A stretch of 64,000 bases of DNA, taken from the IMG/VR virus record IMGVR_UViG_3300023172_000011, positions 32,001 to 96,000 of that record, one strand, 5' to 3'. This DNA comes from a virus. Below are positions 51,083 to 60,108 of this stretch, in pieces (within the stretch, counting starts at the first letter, position 1; every line of letters starts with the position of its first letter). Position numbers and translations under genes: made by a program. Under the pieces are notes generated by a model. The model was not told the DNA's origin. It searched no databases and was given only the letters and a program-made list of their open reading frames with translations.

Positions 51083-51406
51083 CTAATTTTCATTCATTCT
51101 TTTTAAAGGTAAGTTTATATGATACTTATTCCACACAATATCATAATTTTCTATTTCGGCTTCTGAGTTACGAATTTGAGCATTGCCTTTATCTAATATC
51201 TCAGTTCTTAACTCTTCAAACACTTCTCGAATTTGTAATTGCTCCTTTGTTAGTTCTGATTCAGAACCCTCTCCCCAAAGAAAGCCAAAAAACTTTTCAA
51301 CACTTGATAAAGATCCAATCATTGTTGTTTGTATTCGTTTTCTTATTTCTTTTTTTAATCTTGTCTTGGATCTTTCATTCAAGATTTGATCTTTCCTATT
51401 TTCCAC
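51083..51406 (-). CDS. Hypothetical protein (tail assembly region)
   Basis: 107 aa, GTG start after AGGAG. Confidence 0.6.
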   Translation of the reverse strand: MENRKDQILNERSKTRLKKEIRKRIQTTMIGSLSSVEKFFGFLWGEGSESELTKEQLQIREVFEELRTEILDKGNAQIRNSEAEIENYDIVWNKYHINLPLKRMNEN

Positions 51407-51408
51407 AA

Positions 51409-52434
51409 TTATCTCCTTCTATTACTATGTTTGGACATTTCCGCAGCTTGCATTTGTATACTTTGTCTTGTACTTGTTAAGTCTGCTTCGGATAATGAAC
51501 CCCGTGTTTCTAAGTCTTTTTTTAGTGATTTCAATTTGGCTTTTCCAGCCCCATCGTTTAGTGACATAACATCTTGAGCTTCGCGTTGATTTTTAACTGG
51601 TATGAATATTTCTCCAGCATCTGACATATTTTTAGGCAACATCTTTTCGGCATTGCGTTGTTTTTCTTCTTCTTTTCGTTTTCTTCGTTGAGAAATAGAC
51701 CATCCATCTATTGCTATATCATCTTCTATTATTTCATCGAATGGCTTATCCATTGATTGATAAACGCCTTCGTAATAACTTGACCATCCAACTACCGACA
51801 ATTGAAATCCAGTTAAAGTAGAATGTTTATTATCGAAAACCTCATGCTTTAGAGAAAACCAGTAGTTTTTCCAAGCATCAGATTTTGCTACCTCTCTAGC
51901 CCTTGAACCAATTAAGTATGTTTGATCTTTAAATTTAGAAACTAATTTATGTATGGAAAACTTATCAGAAGCTAATTGTCCGTTTGATAAAAATGCATTC
52001 TTTGATAAAACATGGGATTCAAATGCATAGGATTTTATATATTCACATGTCTTATCATAAAATGTATGCTTGGTAGTATATAAGTTATTTACTTTATCTT
52101 CTATTCCGCTAATAGCCCGCTTGATATACTCTTTGGTTTGACTGTTATAAAACTGATTAAAGTAGTCAAGTTTCATATTGTCAATATTATCTCTTAACTC
52201 TTTTAATTTATCATCGTCCTCTTTATTCCAATAACCTAGTTCAATCAAATGATTTTCAGCATCTTCTTGAGTCCATATTCCATCAATTAAAGCATCGTCA
52301 TATTGCTCTTGTGAAAAAAAATCCGCAAAAGTTTTATCTTCTGCGGAAGGAGGCTTGCAATAAATATATTCCTTCCCGATGCGAAGAATAACAATGCCTG
52401 AAATCACTGCATTAACTAAGTCCAGTTTTTCCAT
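51409..52434 (-). CDS. Hypothetical protein, possible tail assembly chaperone
   Basis: 341-aa helical ORF right after the tail tube gene. Confidence 0.55.
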   Translation of the reverse strand: MEKLDLVNAVISGIVILRIGKEYIYCKPPSAEDKTFADFFSQEQYDDALIDGIWTQEDAENHLIELGYWNKEDDDKLKELRDNIDNMKLDYFNQFYNSQTKEYIKRAISGIEDKVNNLYTTKHTFYDKTCEYIKSYAFESHVLSKNAFLSNGQLASDKFSIHKLVSKFKDQTYLIGSRAREVAKSDAWKNYWFSLKHEVFDNKHSTLTGFQLSVVGWSSYYEGVYQSMDKPFDEIIEDDIAIDGWSISQRRKRKEEEKQRNAEKMLPKNMSDAGEIFIPVKNQREAQDVMSLNDGAGKAKLKSLKKDLETRGSLSEADLTSTRQSIQMQAAEMSKHSNRRR

Positions 52435-52445
52435 CCTAAAATCCT

Positions 52446-52475
52446 AAAAATCCCGGAGGGGTTTCCCCCTCCGGA
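52446..52475 (-). terminator. Intrinsic terminator after the tail tube gene
   Basis: Minus strand reads CCGGAGGGG-GAAA-CCCCTCCGG then GATTTTT. Confidence 0.85.
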
Positions 52476-52494
52476 ACTGTTTAACTAATTTATA

Positions 52495-53760
52495 TTAACC
52501 AAAGTAGTCTTTCCAATAATCAGCGGAGTTGATAGGAGCCGGATCTCCAGAATGAAGAACAACAAAGTCGTTAGAATTAGTGAAGCTATAGCTTACCGTG
52601 GCATTTCCTCCACCGGCATCTCCTCCACCATATGAAACGCTTGTTAGCTTATTCTTATTACCTAATTGAATAACTGTACTATCATCAAGAACAAATTGAA
52701 TTGAGTGATTAGCAAGGTTTTTACCAACTGGAACACCAATGTTTTTGCCTGTACCAGCACTTGGATAGCCTTCTTCATAAGCATCAATATTATCTCCACC
52801 CACGGCAATGACTTCAATATCACAAGTCACATCTACAGGGAAGGAAACATAGCGATAGTAAGGTGCTTTCTTACCAAGCTGCGAAATGTTTTCACGACCA
52901 AGATCAACACTTACACTAGCAGATTGTAGATAAGGTCCAGTAGCACTATCAATATAAGTTACATTAGTATACAGACCAGTATATGCTCCTCCTTCAACGC
53001 CAGTAGCACCGGGAGTACCTCCTTCGATAAAGGCTGGCACAACTGTTCTAAAATTGACTGAACCACTGCCAAATGATTTGCCAGTACTTCCTGTAACAAC
53101 ATTTTGACGACGCAAAACGCTATTAGCTTCACCAACTGGTGCATCATTACCAAAGACGCTAGAGCTAAATGCCGAGGCAATAGTTCCAGTTCCAGTTACC
53201 AGTAATCCACCTGAATCAGTATCTGTCAACCATTGCTTATCATTACCAACAAAAGTGGTTGATTCAGTAAAGTTGCCATCTGTGCTCAAGCTATAAGATA
53301 CAGAACTGATATAAGTACCAGAGCAATAAAGTTCTGCTACACCGCTATTGGTTCCGCCCTCTTGAATTTCATCAGATGTGTCGTAGCCAATAACCATTCT
53401 GATATCTGATCGAGGTGCTGCACGACCAGTTAGTGTTGCGTTTGCCGCAGTAGGGGTTCCAGCATGATATGCTAAAGTATAACCATCAAGAATCTTCTCA
53501 AAGCTAACTTCGATTTCTGGAATTTCTTCGTAGTTTTCATACAAAGAAAGCTGTCCAAGTTCAAAGATTTGCTCTAAATTAAAGTTGGTTGATACTCCGA
53601 TGGACTGCAAGCCATGCATAATCATGACCTTTCCAGTACCATCTAAATCACCGTCTCCGGGTTGCCAACTATCGACAATGCTTGTTGCCGCTCTGTCTCC
53701 TAATGCTACACCTTGTGTAGCATAGAAGACTCTATTGTTTGTATTTGTTACGTATGCCAT
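52495..53760 (-). CDS. Major tail tube protein
   Basis: Follows the tail-completion gene and has its own terminator. Internally duplicated beta motifs (QSIGVSTNFNLEQIFELG / QSASVSVDLGRENISQLG). Confidence 0.7.
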   Translation of the reverse strand: MAYVTNTNNRVFYATQGVALGDRAATSIVDSWQPGDGDLDGTGKVMIMHGLQSIGVSTNFNLEQIFELGQLSLYENYEEIPEIEVSFEKILDGYTLAYHAGTPTAANATLTGRAAPRSDIRMVIGYDTSDEIQEGGTNSGVAELYCSGTYISSVSYSLSTDGNFTESTTFVGNDKQWLTDTDSGGLLVTGTGTIASAFSSSVFGNDAPVGEANSVLRRQNVVTGSTGKSFGSGSVNFRTVVPAFIEGGTPGATGVEGGAYTGLYTNVTYIDSATGPYLQSASVSVDLGRENISQLGKKAPYYRYVSFPVDVTCDIEVIAVGGDNIDAYEEGYPSAGTGKNIGVPVGKNLANHSIQFVLDDSTVIQLGNKNKLTSVSYGGGDAGGGNATVSYSFTNSNDFVVLHSGDPAPINSADYWKDYFG

Positions 53761-53801
53761 AATTTAAACTCCCATTATGGAAAAAATGTTACTTTTCTAG
53801 A

Positions 53802-53817
53802 TACTATACGCCATGAA
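53802..53817 (-). promoter_or_regulatory. Candidate late-promoter motif, copy 1 (TTCATGGCGTATAGTA)
   Basis: 14/16 identical to the copy at 57252..57267; upstream of the tail tube start. Confidence 0.35.
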
Positions 53818-54757
53818 CTATTAGTTCAGTCTTTAATTTAACTGTACCAACATGTACATTTGGCGTAAGCGAATAAACAGAATCAATACTCGCCTCAATT
53901 AATCTTATATGCCTGCCTTCATAAGTAGACAAAAGATCTGGATACTGCAAAGCACCCGATACGGGAACACCTCTGTAATCTAAAGGAAAAGCATTGTTTG
54001 TCGCAATTTGGTCCAAATCATATGCTTTTAAAACCTTTTGATTCTGCATAGTCACAATGTCAATTAGGTGATCTCGCGTATAGACATCTTCCGCAACGCA
54101 ATGAAACAGAAAATCAGTGAATATTGTCTGTCCACCGCCAAGTGCATAAGGTGTCATTTTTCTTGAATTAACTAATTCCACACCAATAGCAGGTAATTGT
54201 AAACGATTGTCGCCTAGTATCGCCCATTCACCACTATTGTTGATAAAATTTGAATTGTCAGCACGTTCAGAATTTTTCTGCACTTGCTTAAACCATTCCA
54301 GTCCATCCGCTTGTGCCACATTAACATATTTGTAACTATACTCACATGTTACAGTAGCATCTGTATCAATCGCCGTATCAAAGATAACCCTTCCTAAAGG
54401 ATGATTAATATAATGAGCGTATGCTCCCGCAGTAGATGTTGGATAAAAGTCGCCACCAACATAAACTCCAGAAACTCCGGGGTAAGCACTATCAGTACTG
54501 GTCAATGCACCAAGCCCACTTTCCCATACCCAATTTGATCGAAACCCCTCCCAAACTTGACCATATGTATATCTAGGATCGTCAACGACCCTAAGTTGAT
54601 GTTCTGATCCACCGTAATATCCAACGGTTGGTATTTCAACATTAATATATCCAGACTTTTCTATTAAGCCATAGTCTAGCCATGATATTAAATTCTCTCT
54701 AATATCTGCCGTAATCGTTGCATCGCCAAATAAAGTAAAGCCTTTTAAGTATGTCAT
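53804..54757 (-). CDS. Tail completion/terminator-like protein
   Basis: Position between the neck and tube genes; QLPAIGVE...PYALGG...RD.LID motif. Confidence 0.55.
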   Translation of the reverse strand: MTYLKGFTLFGDATITADIRENLISWLDYGLIEKSGYINVEIPTVGYYGGSEHQLRVVDDPRYTYGQVWEGFRSNWVWESGLGALTSTDSAYPGVSGVYVGGDFYPTSTAGAYAHYINHPLGRVIFDTAIDTDATVTCEYSYKYVNVAQADGLEWFKQVQKNSERADNSNFINNSGEWAILGDNRLQLPAIGVELVNSRKMTPYALGGGQTIFTDFLFHCVAEDVYTRDHLIDIVTMQNQKVLKAYDLDQIATNNAFPLDYRGVPVSGALQYPDLLSTYEGRHIRLIEASIDSVYSLTPNVHVGTVKLKTELIVHGV

Positions 54758-55425
54758 TCAAGCACCTTTTTAATTTCTTTTGCAACCATTTCAACAATTT
54801 GAGGAAATGCTGGTTCTAACGCTCTTGTTACAAAGTTGCTAGCTTCTGTTCCGGCATGTGATGGATCGACGCGAAAAGGCTCGCTGGAAGATAAGTTTTT
54901 TAATGGAACCATTACTGTTCTACCTCCGGAACGTGTGCGGCCACGAGCATGTTCAAATAGCGAATAATCACCAATAATAATTTCTGTGCCACGAGTTAAT
55001 AACCATTCGAGCCAATCTACATTTCCTCCAGTTGATTGATATGACCCGCCAGCAGAAAGTGATGATAAAGAAAAATCAGCAGGTAAAATCTCAGCAGATA
55101 ATCTTGCTACATACTGATTAGACCCAGCTAATACTTTTATTTGAAAGTTTTCTGCCAAAGCATCAATAATTCCCCCAATAGCACTTGTTACTTCTGCTGG
55201 CTTTAAACCAAAGTCATCTCTTAATTGCCCGCCAAGTAATTCTGTAACTGTTTGAGAAGACATCAACTGAACACTAACAACTGAAGATATGCTTGGACGT
55301 AAATTGTTAGTGATTGTATTAATCTTTCCAAAAAGAGCCTTAATAAGTTCTTTTCTTATAGCGTCTTGAAATACATTATCTCCACTAACTATTTTTAAGT
55401 TGGCTTTGGTTCGGAATCCAGCCAT
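54754..55425 (-). CDS. Neck/tail-completion protein (HK97 gp10-like position)
   Basis: Start MAGFR at a TAATG overlap; WLEWLL.RG and AGT...NFVTRA motifs. Confidence 0.5.
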   Translation of the reverse strand: MAGFRTKANLKIVSGDNVFQDAIRKELIKALFGKINTITNNLRPSISSVVSVQLMSSQTVTELLGGQLRDDFGLKPAEVTSAIGGIIDALAENFQIKVLAGSNQYVARLSAEILPADFSLSSLSAGGSYQSTGGNVDWLEWLLTRGTEIIIGDYSLFEHARGRTRSGGRTVMVPLKNLSSSEPFRVDPSHAGTEASNFVTRALEPAFPQIVEMVAKEIKKVLE

Positions 55426-55904
55426 TATGCACGACCCCAAAAACACATAAAATATTTTTGATCTAATCCATGAAGTACTGGCTCGCCATTCTTTGTGAAT
55501 CGCCATTCTGCATGACCAGTTCTATCTGTATTTATAAGCAAAGCCTTTGCTCTATTTATTTTTTGTAGATCAGCATAAGCTCCGATAGTCATTATTCCGC
55601 CATCTGGAACTTCAATATTTCCAAACTTCTTGAAGTCTTTTTTATCCCAGTAAACGCGGAGTGTAATATCTTCTGTTGTTTCTACAGTCTTGAAACTTGT
55701 TGACCCCCTCTTAAAGCCGGAATCTGGAGAAGTATTCTGCAAGTTCATTAACTTACGCTGTTTGATATCCGGAACGACATCTACAATTGTTTCTATCTTT
55801 TCTGTATATACCAACTTACAGGACATGCCAAATCCACTTGATGCTAACATAGCATCAGCAAATTCCGCATATTTTGTAAACACGCCAGATGGAATTGTAA
55901 CCAT
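55425..55904 (-). CDS. Head closure/stopper-like protein
   Basis: 159 aa in the neck module; function inferred from synteny. Confidence 0.45.
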   Translation of the reverse strand: MVTIPSGVFTKYAEFADAMLASSGFGMSCKLVYTEKIETIVDVVPDIKQRKLMNLQNTSPDSGFKRGSTSFKTVETTEDITLRVYWDKKDFKKFGNIEVPDGGIMTIGAYADLQKINRAKALLINTDRTGHAEWRFTKNGEPVLHGLDQKYFMCFWGRA

Positions 55905-56107
55905 TATAGAATATCATCTCCAGTGTAGTATCTAACATGCTCAAATCTAGAATCTAAAACGCCGCTTTGAGTTGGTATTTGTGATGTCTGATTGTTTACT
56001 GTATCTAATGTATGATTCGTAACAACTCCAAGAACGTTAACGGATACAACAGCCGTTCCATTCTTATAATCATTACCTCCAATAATCTTTTGAAGAACAT
56101 CTGCCAT
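55904..56107 (-). CDS. Hypothetical protein
   Basis: 67 aa, GAGG RBS, TAATG coupling. Confidence 0.55.
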   Translation of the reverse strand: MADVLQKIIGGNDYKNGTAVVSVNVLGVVTNHTLDTVNNQTSQIPTQSGVLDSRFEHVRYYTGDDIL

Positions 56108-56118
56108 GATTTTTACCT

Positions 56119-56646
56119 CTATCTAATGTATTGTCTAAAATTACCATTGTATCTATATACAACGTCACTGCCGGGAGCGTAAGGACTAAGAATTGCTTTG
56201 CCAACTGCATTATTGCCAGCGGCGTAATTAAACTTGTATTCTTCGTATGTTTTACAGGAATATTCGTATAGGTATTTAATATTTGCTGCTACTGCGGTAT
56301 AATCAATGCTGCTTGGACCATCGCTGACTCTAACAGCATTAAGTGCCTGTGTTTTCATTTCACTGCCCATAATCAAGCAGGCAGTTTTAAGAGAAACTAA
56401 ATTAATAAAAGCATCGTCCTTATTTACAGTCGATAAGCCAGTTGTAGGATCTGTAGGATCTGGACTAAGATAGCATTGTTCTACATCAATCGTGTAGGTG
56501 TTTTCAAAATCTACTTCGACAAGCACAATTTGTGCAGCGACTAAAATACTGGTCTCTAAACGCTCATTAGAATAGCTATAGTTTGTAGGATCGACATCAC
56601 TTATTAAATATCTAACTATTGTAGTCATTTCACCTTGCCAAGACAT
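56119..56646 (-). CDS. Head-tail connector/adaptor-like protein
   Basis: VRYLISD.D...YS...L N-terminus typical of adaptor proteins; synteny. Confidence 0.55.
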   Translation of the reverse strand: MSWQGEMTTIVRYLISDVDPTNYSYSNERLETSILVAAQIVLVEVDFENTYTIDVEQCYLSPDPTDPTTGLSTVNKDDAFINLVSLKTACLIMGSEMKTQALNAVRVSDGPSSIDYTAVAANIKYLYEYSCKTYEEYKFNYAAGNNAVGKAILSPYAPGSDVVYRYNGNFRQYIR

Positions 56647-56657
56647 AATTTTACCCC

Positions 56658-56963
56658 TTAAAGGTTACAGTAAACTTTGAAATCTTCTATACTGGTATAA
56701 TAAGTCCCGCTAGGCATAAATACTCTACCCTGAAGTTTATAATTTCCAGCAGCATTGAAATCGCCACTGACGGATGTATAATACATTTTACCGTCTGTGC
56801 CATCAGTATACAAAAGGCCGGATTTTTCATATGAAATGCCATCTGGTTTTTTTATAAATACATCTAAATCGCTAGCAGTAGATATGTCTACAACTACCCC
56901 ATCGTCCTTAACGGTCATAATGAGTTTAGTGCCAATATCTCCAACATGTATTTGACTAGCCAT
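56658..56963 (-). CDS. BppU N-terminal-like Ig-fold virion protein
   Basis: GDIGT...VDIS.A...KPDG...DG...Y....GDF...G.YKLQ. Confidence 0.6.
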   Translation of the reverse strand: MASQIHVGDIGTKLIMTVKDDGVVVDISTASDLDVFIKKPDGISYEKSGLLYTDGTDGKMYYTSVSGDFNAAGNYKLQGRVFMPSGTYYTSIEDFKVYCNL

Positions 56964-56975
56964 TTAGCTCTCCCG

Positions 56976-57230
56976 TCATCTAATAATTATAAAATCTTCG
57001 GATATAGATTGTTGAATATCCAGATTAAATACATCCTGTTGCTGAACATCAATGGAGAAACTTTCATCTTGTTGAATGTCTATGGAAAAACTCTCATCTT
57101 CCTGAATTTCAATGGAAAAGCTCTCATCTTCCTGAATGTCGATATTAAAGTAAAATATTTCCCCGTTTGACACAACATATGTGTCGATATCAGAAAAAGT
57201 GCTGCCACAAATAGGACTATCGCAAAACAT
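56976..57230 (-). CDS. Small acidic protein with five 10-aa repeats
   Basis: FNIDIQEDES/FSIEIQEDES/FSIDIQQDES/FSIDVQQQDV/FNLDIQQSIS; AGGAG RBS. Confidence 0.7.
   Translation of the reverse strand: MFCDSPICGSTFSDIDTYVVSNGEIFYFNIDIQEDESFSIEIQEDESFSIDIQQDESFSIDVQQQDVFNLDIQQSISEDFIIIR
57000..57149. repeat. 30-bp tandem repeat, about 5 degenerate copies
   Basis: CTCTCATCTTCCTGAAT-type units recur every 30 bp. Confidence 0.8.
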
Positions 57231-57251
57231 TATTATCTCCTAATCTATCCT

Positions 57252-57267
57252 TAGTATACTCCATGAA
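57252..57267 (-). promoter_or_regulatory. Candidate late-promoter motif, copy 2 (TTCATGGAGTATACTA)
   Basis: Intergenic, 22 nt before the first neck-module gene; contains TATACT. Confidence 0.35.
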
Positions 57268-57279
57268 TTTTAAATAAAG

Positions 57280-57699
57280 TCAAATTATAGATATTCTTGC
57301 CTTTAAACTTGAAGTTGAGATATCTCTGGTATACGGAATATAAATTAATAGTATATTATTAATGTCCAACCACTCTTGAGTAAACTGCATTTGCTCGTAA
57401 TAGTCTTTCTTGCACCAGTCATCGCCAATTGCTATAATGTCTGGCTGAACTGTTAATATTGCTGGTTTGCTATCGTGACCACCAATATTTTCAACAACTT
57501 TTATATTTGAGTCAAAACACTCAATACTTTGTTTTCTTTCATGATAAGATAAAATTGGGGCTTGATTTTTATAAGAAAATACGAACTCGTCAGTATTTAG
57601 AGAAACAAAAACTTGACTGGAAATCTTTTGACAGGCTCTTAAAAATTTCATATGCCCGTAATGGAAAAGATCAAATGTTCCTCCAGTGTATAGCTTCAT
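57280..57699 (-). CDS. TagD-like (glycerol-3-phosphate) cytidylyltransferase
   Basis: YTGGTFDLFHYGH (HxGH), LNTDEF, ER, GDDW and YTRDISTS motifs. Confidence 0.88.
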   Translation of the reverse strand: MKLYTGGTFDLFHYGHMKFLRACQKISSQVFVSLNTDEFVFSYKNQAPILSYHERKQSIECFDSNIKVVENIGGHDSKPAILTVQPDIIAIGDDWCKKDYYEQMQFTQEWLDINNILLIYIPYTRDISTSSLKARISII

Positions 57700-58553
57700 T
57701 TTTTAAATGCTTCCACATAAAATGGCACTAACTTGTGAGACATTCTCCATCCCAATAAATGATGGAATATACAATCATGTAGGCATAGCTTCTGCATAGA
57801 CCAAGTTATCATATCCTTAAATTCTATTTCTTGTGGATATAGCGGATCGCCTATATTATAAGTTGATGAACATATTTTGTTATTTGGATATTGACCAGCA
57901 AAATTACACGGAGGCTCTATTGTGTAGCTTTTATAATTATCATTCTCTTGTAGAAAAAAGGATATTAAATGTTCATCATTAATTATTTGTTTTTCATCCT
58001 TAATTCGTAACTGGTTGTTAATGCTCATACAATGAAGTAACCCTATTTCTGACACAATATCTAATTCTCTACTTATTAAGTAATCAACTAAATTTTGACA
58101 AAACTCTCTTGTGTATATTGCAAAGCCAGTATCAGTATTAAGCACTTTATTATAATTATCGGAAAAAAATAATCTTGTGATATCTGTTTTTGTTTTCAAC
58201 CACGGCCTGTCGGGATTATCGCCAAAATCTACAAATCTCCAGTGCATAAAATTTTTGTCTTGCGGTATTAATCCGTTAATGTCTTCTTCTAGTTTTAGTA
58301 CTACAGTGTCTAAATCAATAAAAATACCAATATCAGCCTGAGATTCTAAAAAACTATAAATTCGCGTTAGCTTTCTAATGAACGGATGATGATCAATGTT
58401 AGTATCAAGCATCTTTCTAACAAAGTAATTATTTTTGTCAATAACACGTAGCGTTACTCCATGTTTAGTAAAATACCTATTGAGGCTAGTAATTGAAGTT
58501 CTATGCCAATCTTTAAATTCATCATAGGTATTTAGGACATACGCTTCTATCAT
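57696..58553 (-). CDS. GT-A-fold glycosyltransferase-like protein
   Basis: FIDLD (DxD), LNTDTG, DE..I and C-terminal HH. Confidence 0.6.
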   Translation of the reverse strand: MIEAYVLNTYDEFKDWHRTSITSLNRYFTKHGVTLRVIDKNNYFVRKMLDTNIDHHPFIRKLTRIYSFLESQADIGIFIDLDTVVLKLEEDINGLIPQDKNFMHWRFVDFGDNPDRPWLKTKTDITRLFFSDNYNKVLNTDTGFAIYTREFCQNLVDYLISRELDIVSEIGLLHCMSINNQLRIKDEKQIINDEHLISFFLQENDNYKSYTIEPPCNFAGQYPNNKICSSTYNIGDPLYPQEIEFKDMITWSMQKLCLHDCIFHHLLGWRMSHKLVPFYVEAFKK

Positions 58554-58555
58554 TA

Positions 58556-59083
58556 TTAAGCCTTATTAAGATGTGGCAAACTACATTGTGGAATATCACA
58601 TTTTACACAAATTTCCCACCATTGTTCGTTTAGTTTGTAGTAGTCAAATATCTCAACACCAAGATCTTCTCCATCATAACCTTTAGTAAACCAAGCTAAA
58701 TCTTGTTTTCTTTGAATATCCCAATACCATTCTTTATCTTCAGATGATAATACTTTTTTCCATCCATCAGCACAAAGTGGAGACTCATGAACGCCTAAAG
58801 CAATATCTTTATCTACTAATGCTTTAATGCTATTAAGTCTTTCTTCTTCTGGTCTATAAATAGCAAACTTAAATATATCATCCCACTCTGTTATGTATTT
58901 TTTTAAAACACAGGCTCTTGTATGTCTTGCAAAATGCCACCAATGCGGTATAGAATGTGCCCCTGTTCCTATGAAAATATCAAAATTATTTCCGGCACAA
59001 GCGGAAGCTATAGCGTTAGTTATTGAATTTCCAGCGGCTCTTGGCACATGTATAAAAACCGCCCTTCCCGGAAGGTAGATCAT
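58556..59083 (-). CDS. Sulfotransferase-family-2-like protein
   Basis: FIHVPRAAGNSI (PAPS-binding loop), FKFA..RP..R..S and LPHLN. Confidence 0.7.
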   Translation of the reverse strand: MIYLPGRAVFIHVPRAAGNSITNAIASACAGNNFDIFIGTGAHSIPHWWHFARHTRACVLKKYITEWDDIFKFAIYRPEEERLNSIKALVDKDIALGVHESPLCADGWKKVLSSEDKEWYWDIQRKQDLAWFTKGYDGEDLGVEIFDYYKLNEQWWEICVKCDIPQCSLPHLNKA

Positions 59084-60105
59084 TAAAAGTAAACCCCATC
59101 ATTTGGACAAATAACACAAGTATTTGGAAATGTTTCTTTAATTATTTTTGCCTCTGGCATTTCACTCTCAACAAAAAATTTAGCAAACATTTTTTTGGCA
59201 ATTTCTCCTTTATATTGACCAACAACAAAATGATGCCTTAAATTACGTTCTTCTTCTCTCTCTGTTGGAAACATAATTAGCTTATTATAATTAAATCCAT
59301 GTCTTTTAAGCCAAGCCTCCGTCACATCTCGATATCTTTCTAGTCTTCCAGTTACTAATGCCTTAGCTTTAAATAATTTGGGTATTCTCTCAAGATATGG
59401 CTCAACTGTTTCAAGCCATGCAATATGCTTTTCTTCATCGTTTAATATTTCAATTGGAACGTTCTTGCAAAATATACCGTCGATATCAAATAATGCGTGT
59501 TGGACATGCAGGCTGTTAAAAAAGTTCCATTCTAATATATGTGGATTCTCTAATATTTCCCCGTAATGATCTACATGATTAGTGCCAACAGATGTTGAGT
59601 AAGTAACGGCAAATATTGATTCCGGAAATAACTCCTTTATATTTTTAGCGGCAAAACCAGAACTACTTGTATCGTCAATAAATATCAGGCAATCCCCAGA
59701 TTGATTGAAATGCTCCATACGACATCCACCATATTCAGAAAATGAAGAGAGTAAAACCAACTCTTTTCCATTAAAAGAATAAAGCGGAAGATTTAACTCA
59801 ACCGCTATAATTGATGCTGTAATTAATCCTGACCTTGGCACACCAACAATTCCGGATATATTATATTTCTTCAATTGTGGAATTAGCTTGGTTTTTGTTG
59901 TATTTATCAACGCATCAAGCGTTATTATCTTTCCAGATGGAGATCTTTTTCTTTTTGTTTGTATTCCAAGATCAGATCTTTGTTTATATGCCTCTCTTTC
60001 TTCAGATGTAGCAGATTGACACCATTGCCAACTTGGTGGGTCTGCCGTCATTTCTTTATTGAAAAACTGGCAAAATCCGGGTCCGTCACAACAACATTCT
60101 TCCAT
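59083..60105 (-). CDS. Phosphoribosyltransferase-HAD phosphatase fusion with an N-terminal Cys tag
   Basis: GVPRSG and LIFIDDTSSSG (PRPP loop); LFDIDG and LVTGR...TEAWL (HAD); N-terminus CCCDGPGFC...WCQ. Confidence 0.8.
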   Translation of the reverse strand: MEECCCDGPGFCQFFNKEMTADPPSWQWCQSATSEEREAYKQRSDLGIQTKRKRSPSGKIITLDALINTTKTKLIPQLKKYNISGIVGVPRSGLITASIIAVELNLPLYSFNGKELVLLSSFSEYGGCRMEHFNQSGDCLIFIDDTSSSGFAAKNIKELFPESIFAVTYSTSVGTNHVDHYGEILENPHILEWNFFNSLHVQHALFDIDGIFCKNVPIEILNDEEKHIAWLETVEPYLERIPKLFKAKALVTGRLERYRDVTEAWLKRHGFNYNKLIMFPTEREEERNLRHHFVVGQYKGEIAKKMFAKFFVESEMPEAKIIKETFPNTCVICPNDGVYF

Positions 60106-60108
60106 ATA

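Noticed and set aside
44112-51577. Antisense and alternate-frame ORFs in the ORF track (for example 50911..51480, 47577..47864, 48687..49046)
   Set aside because: They are shadows of long genes on the opposite strand, with no recognisable motifs.
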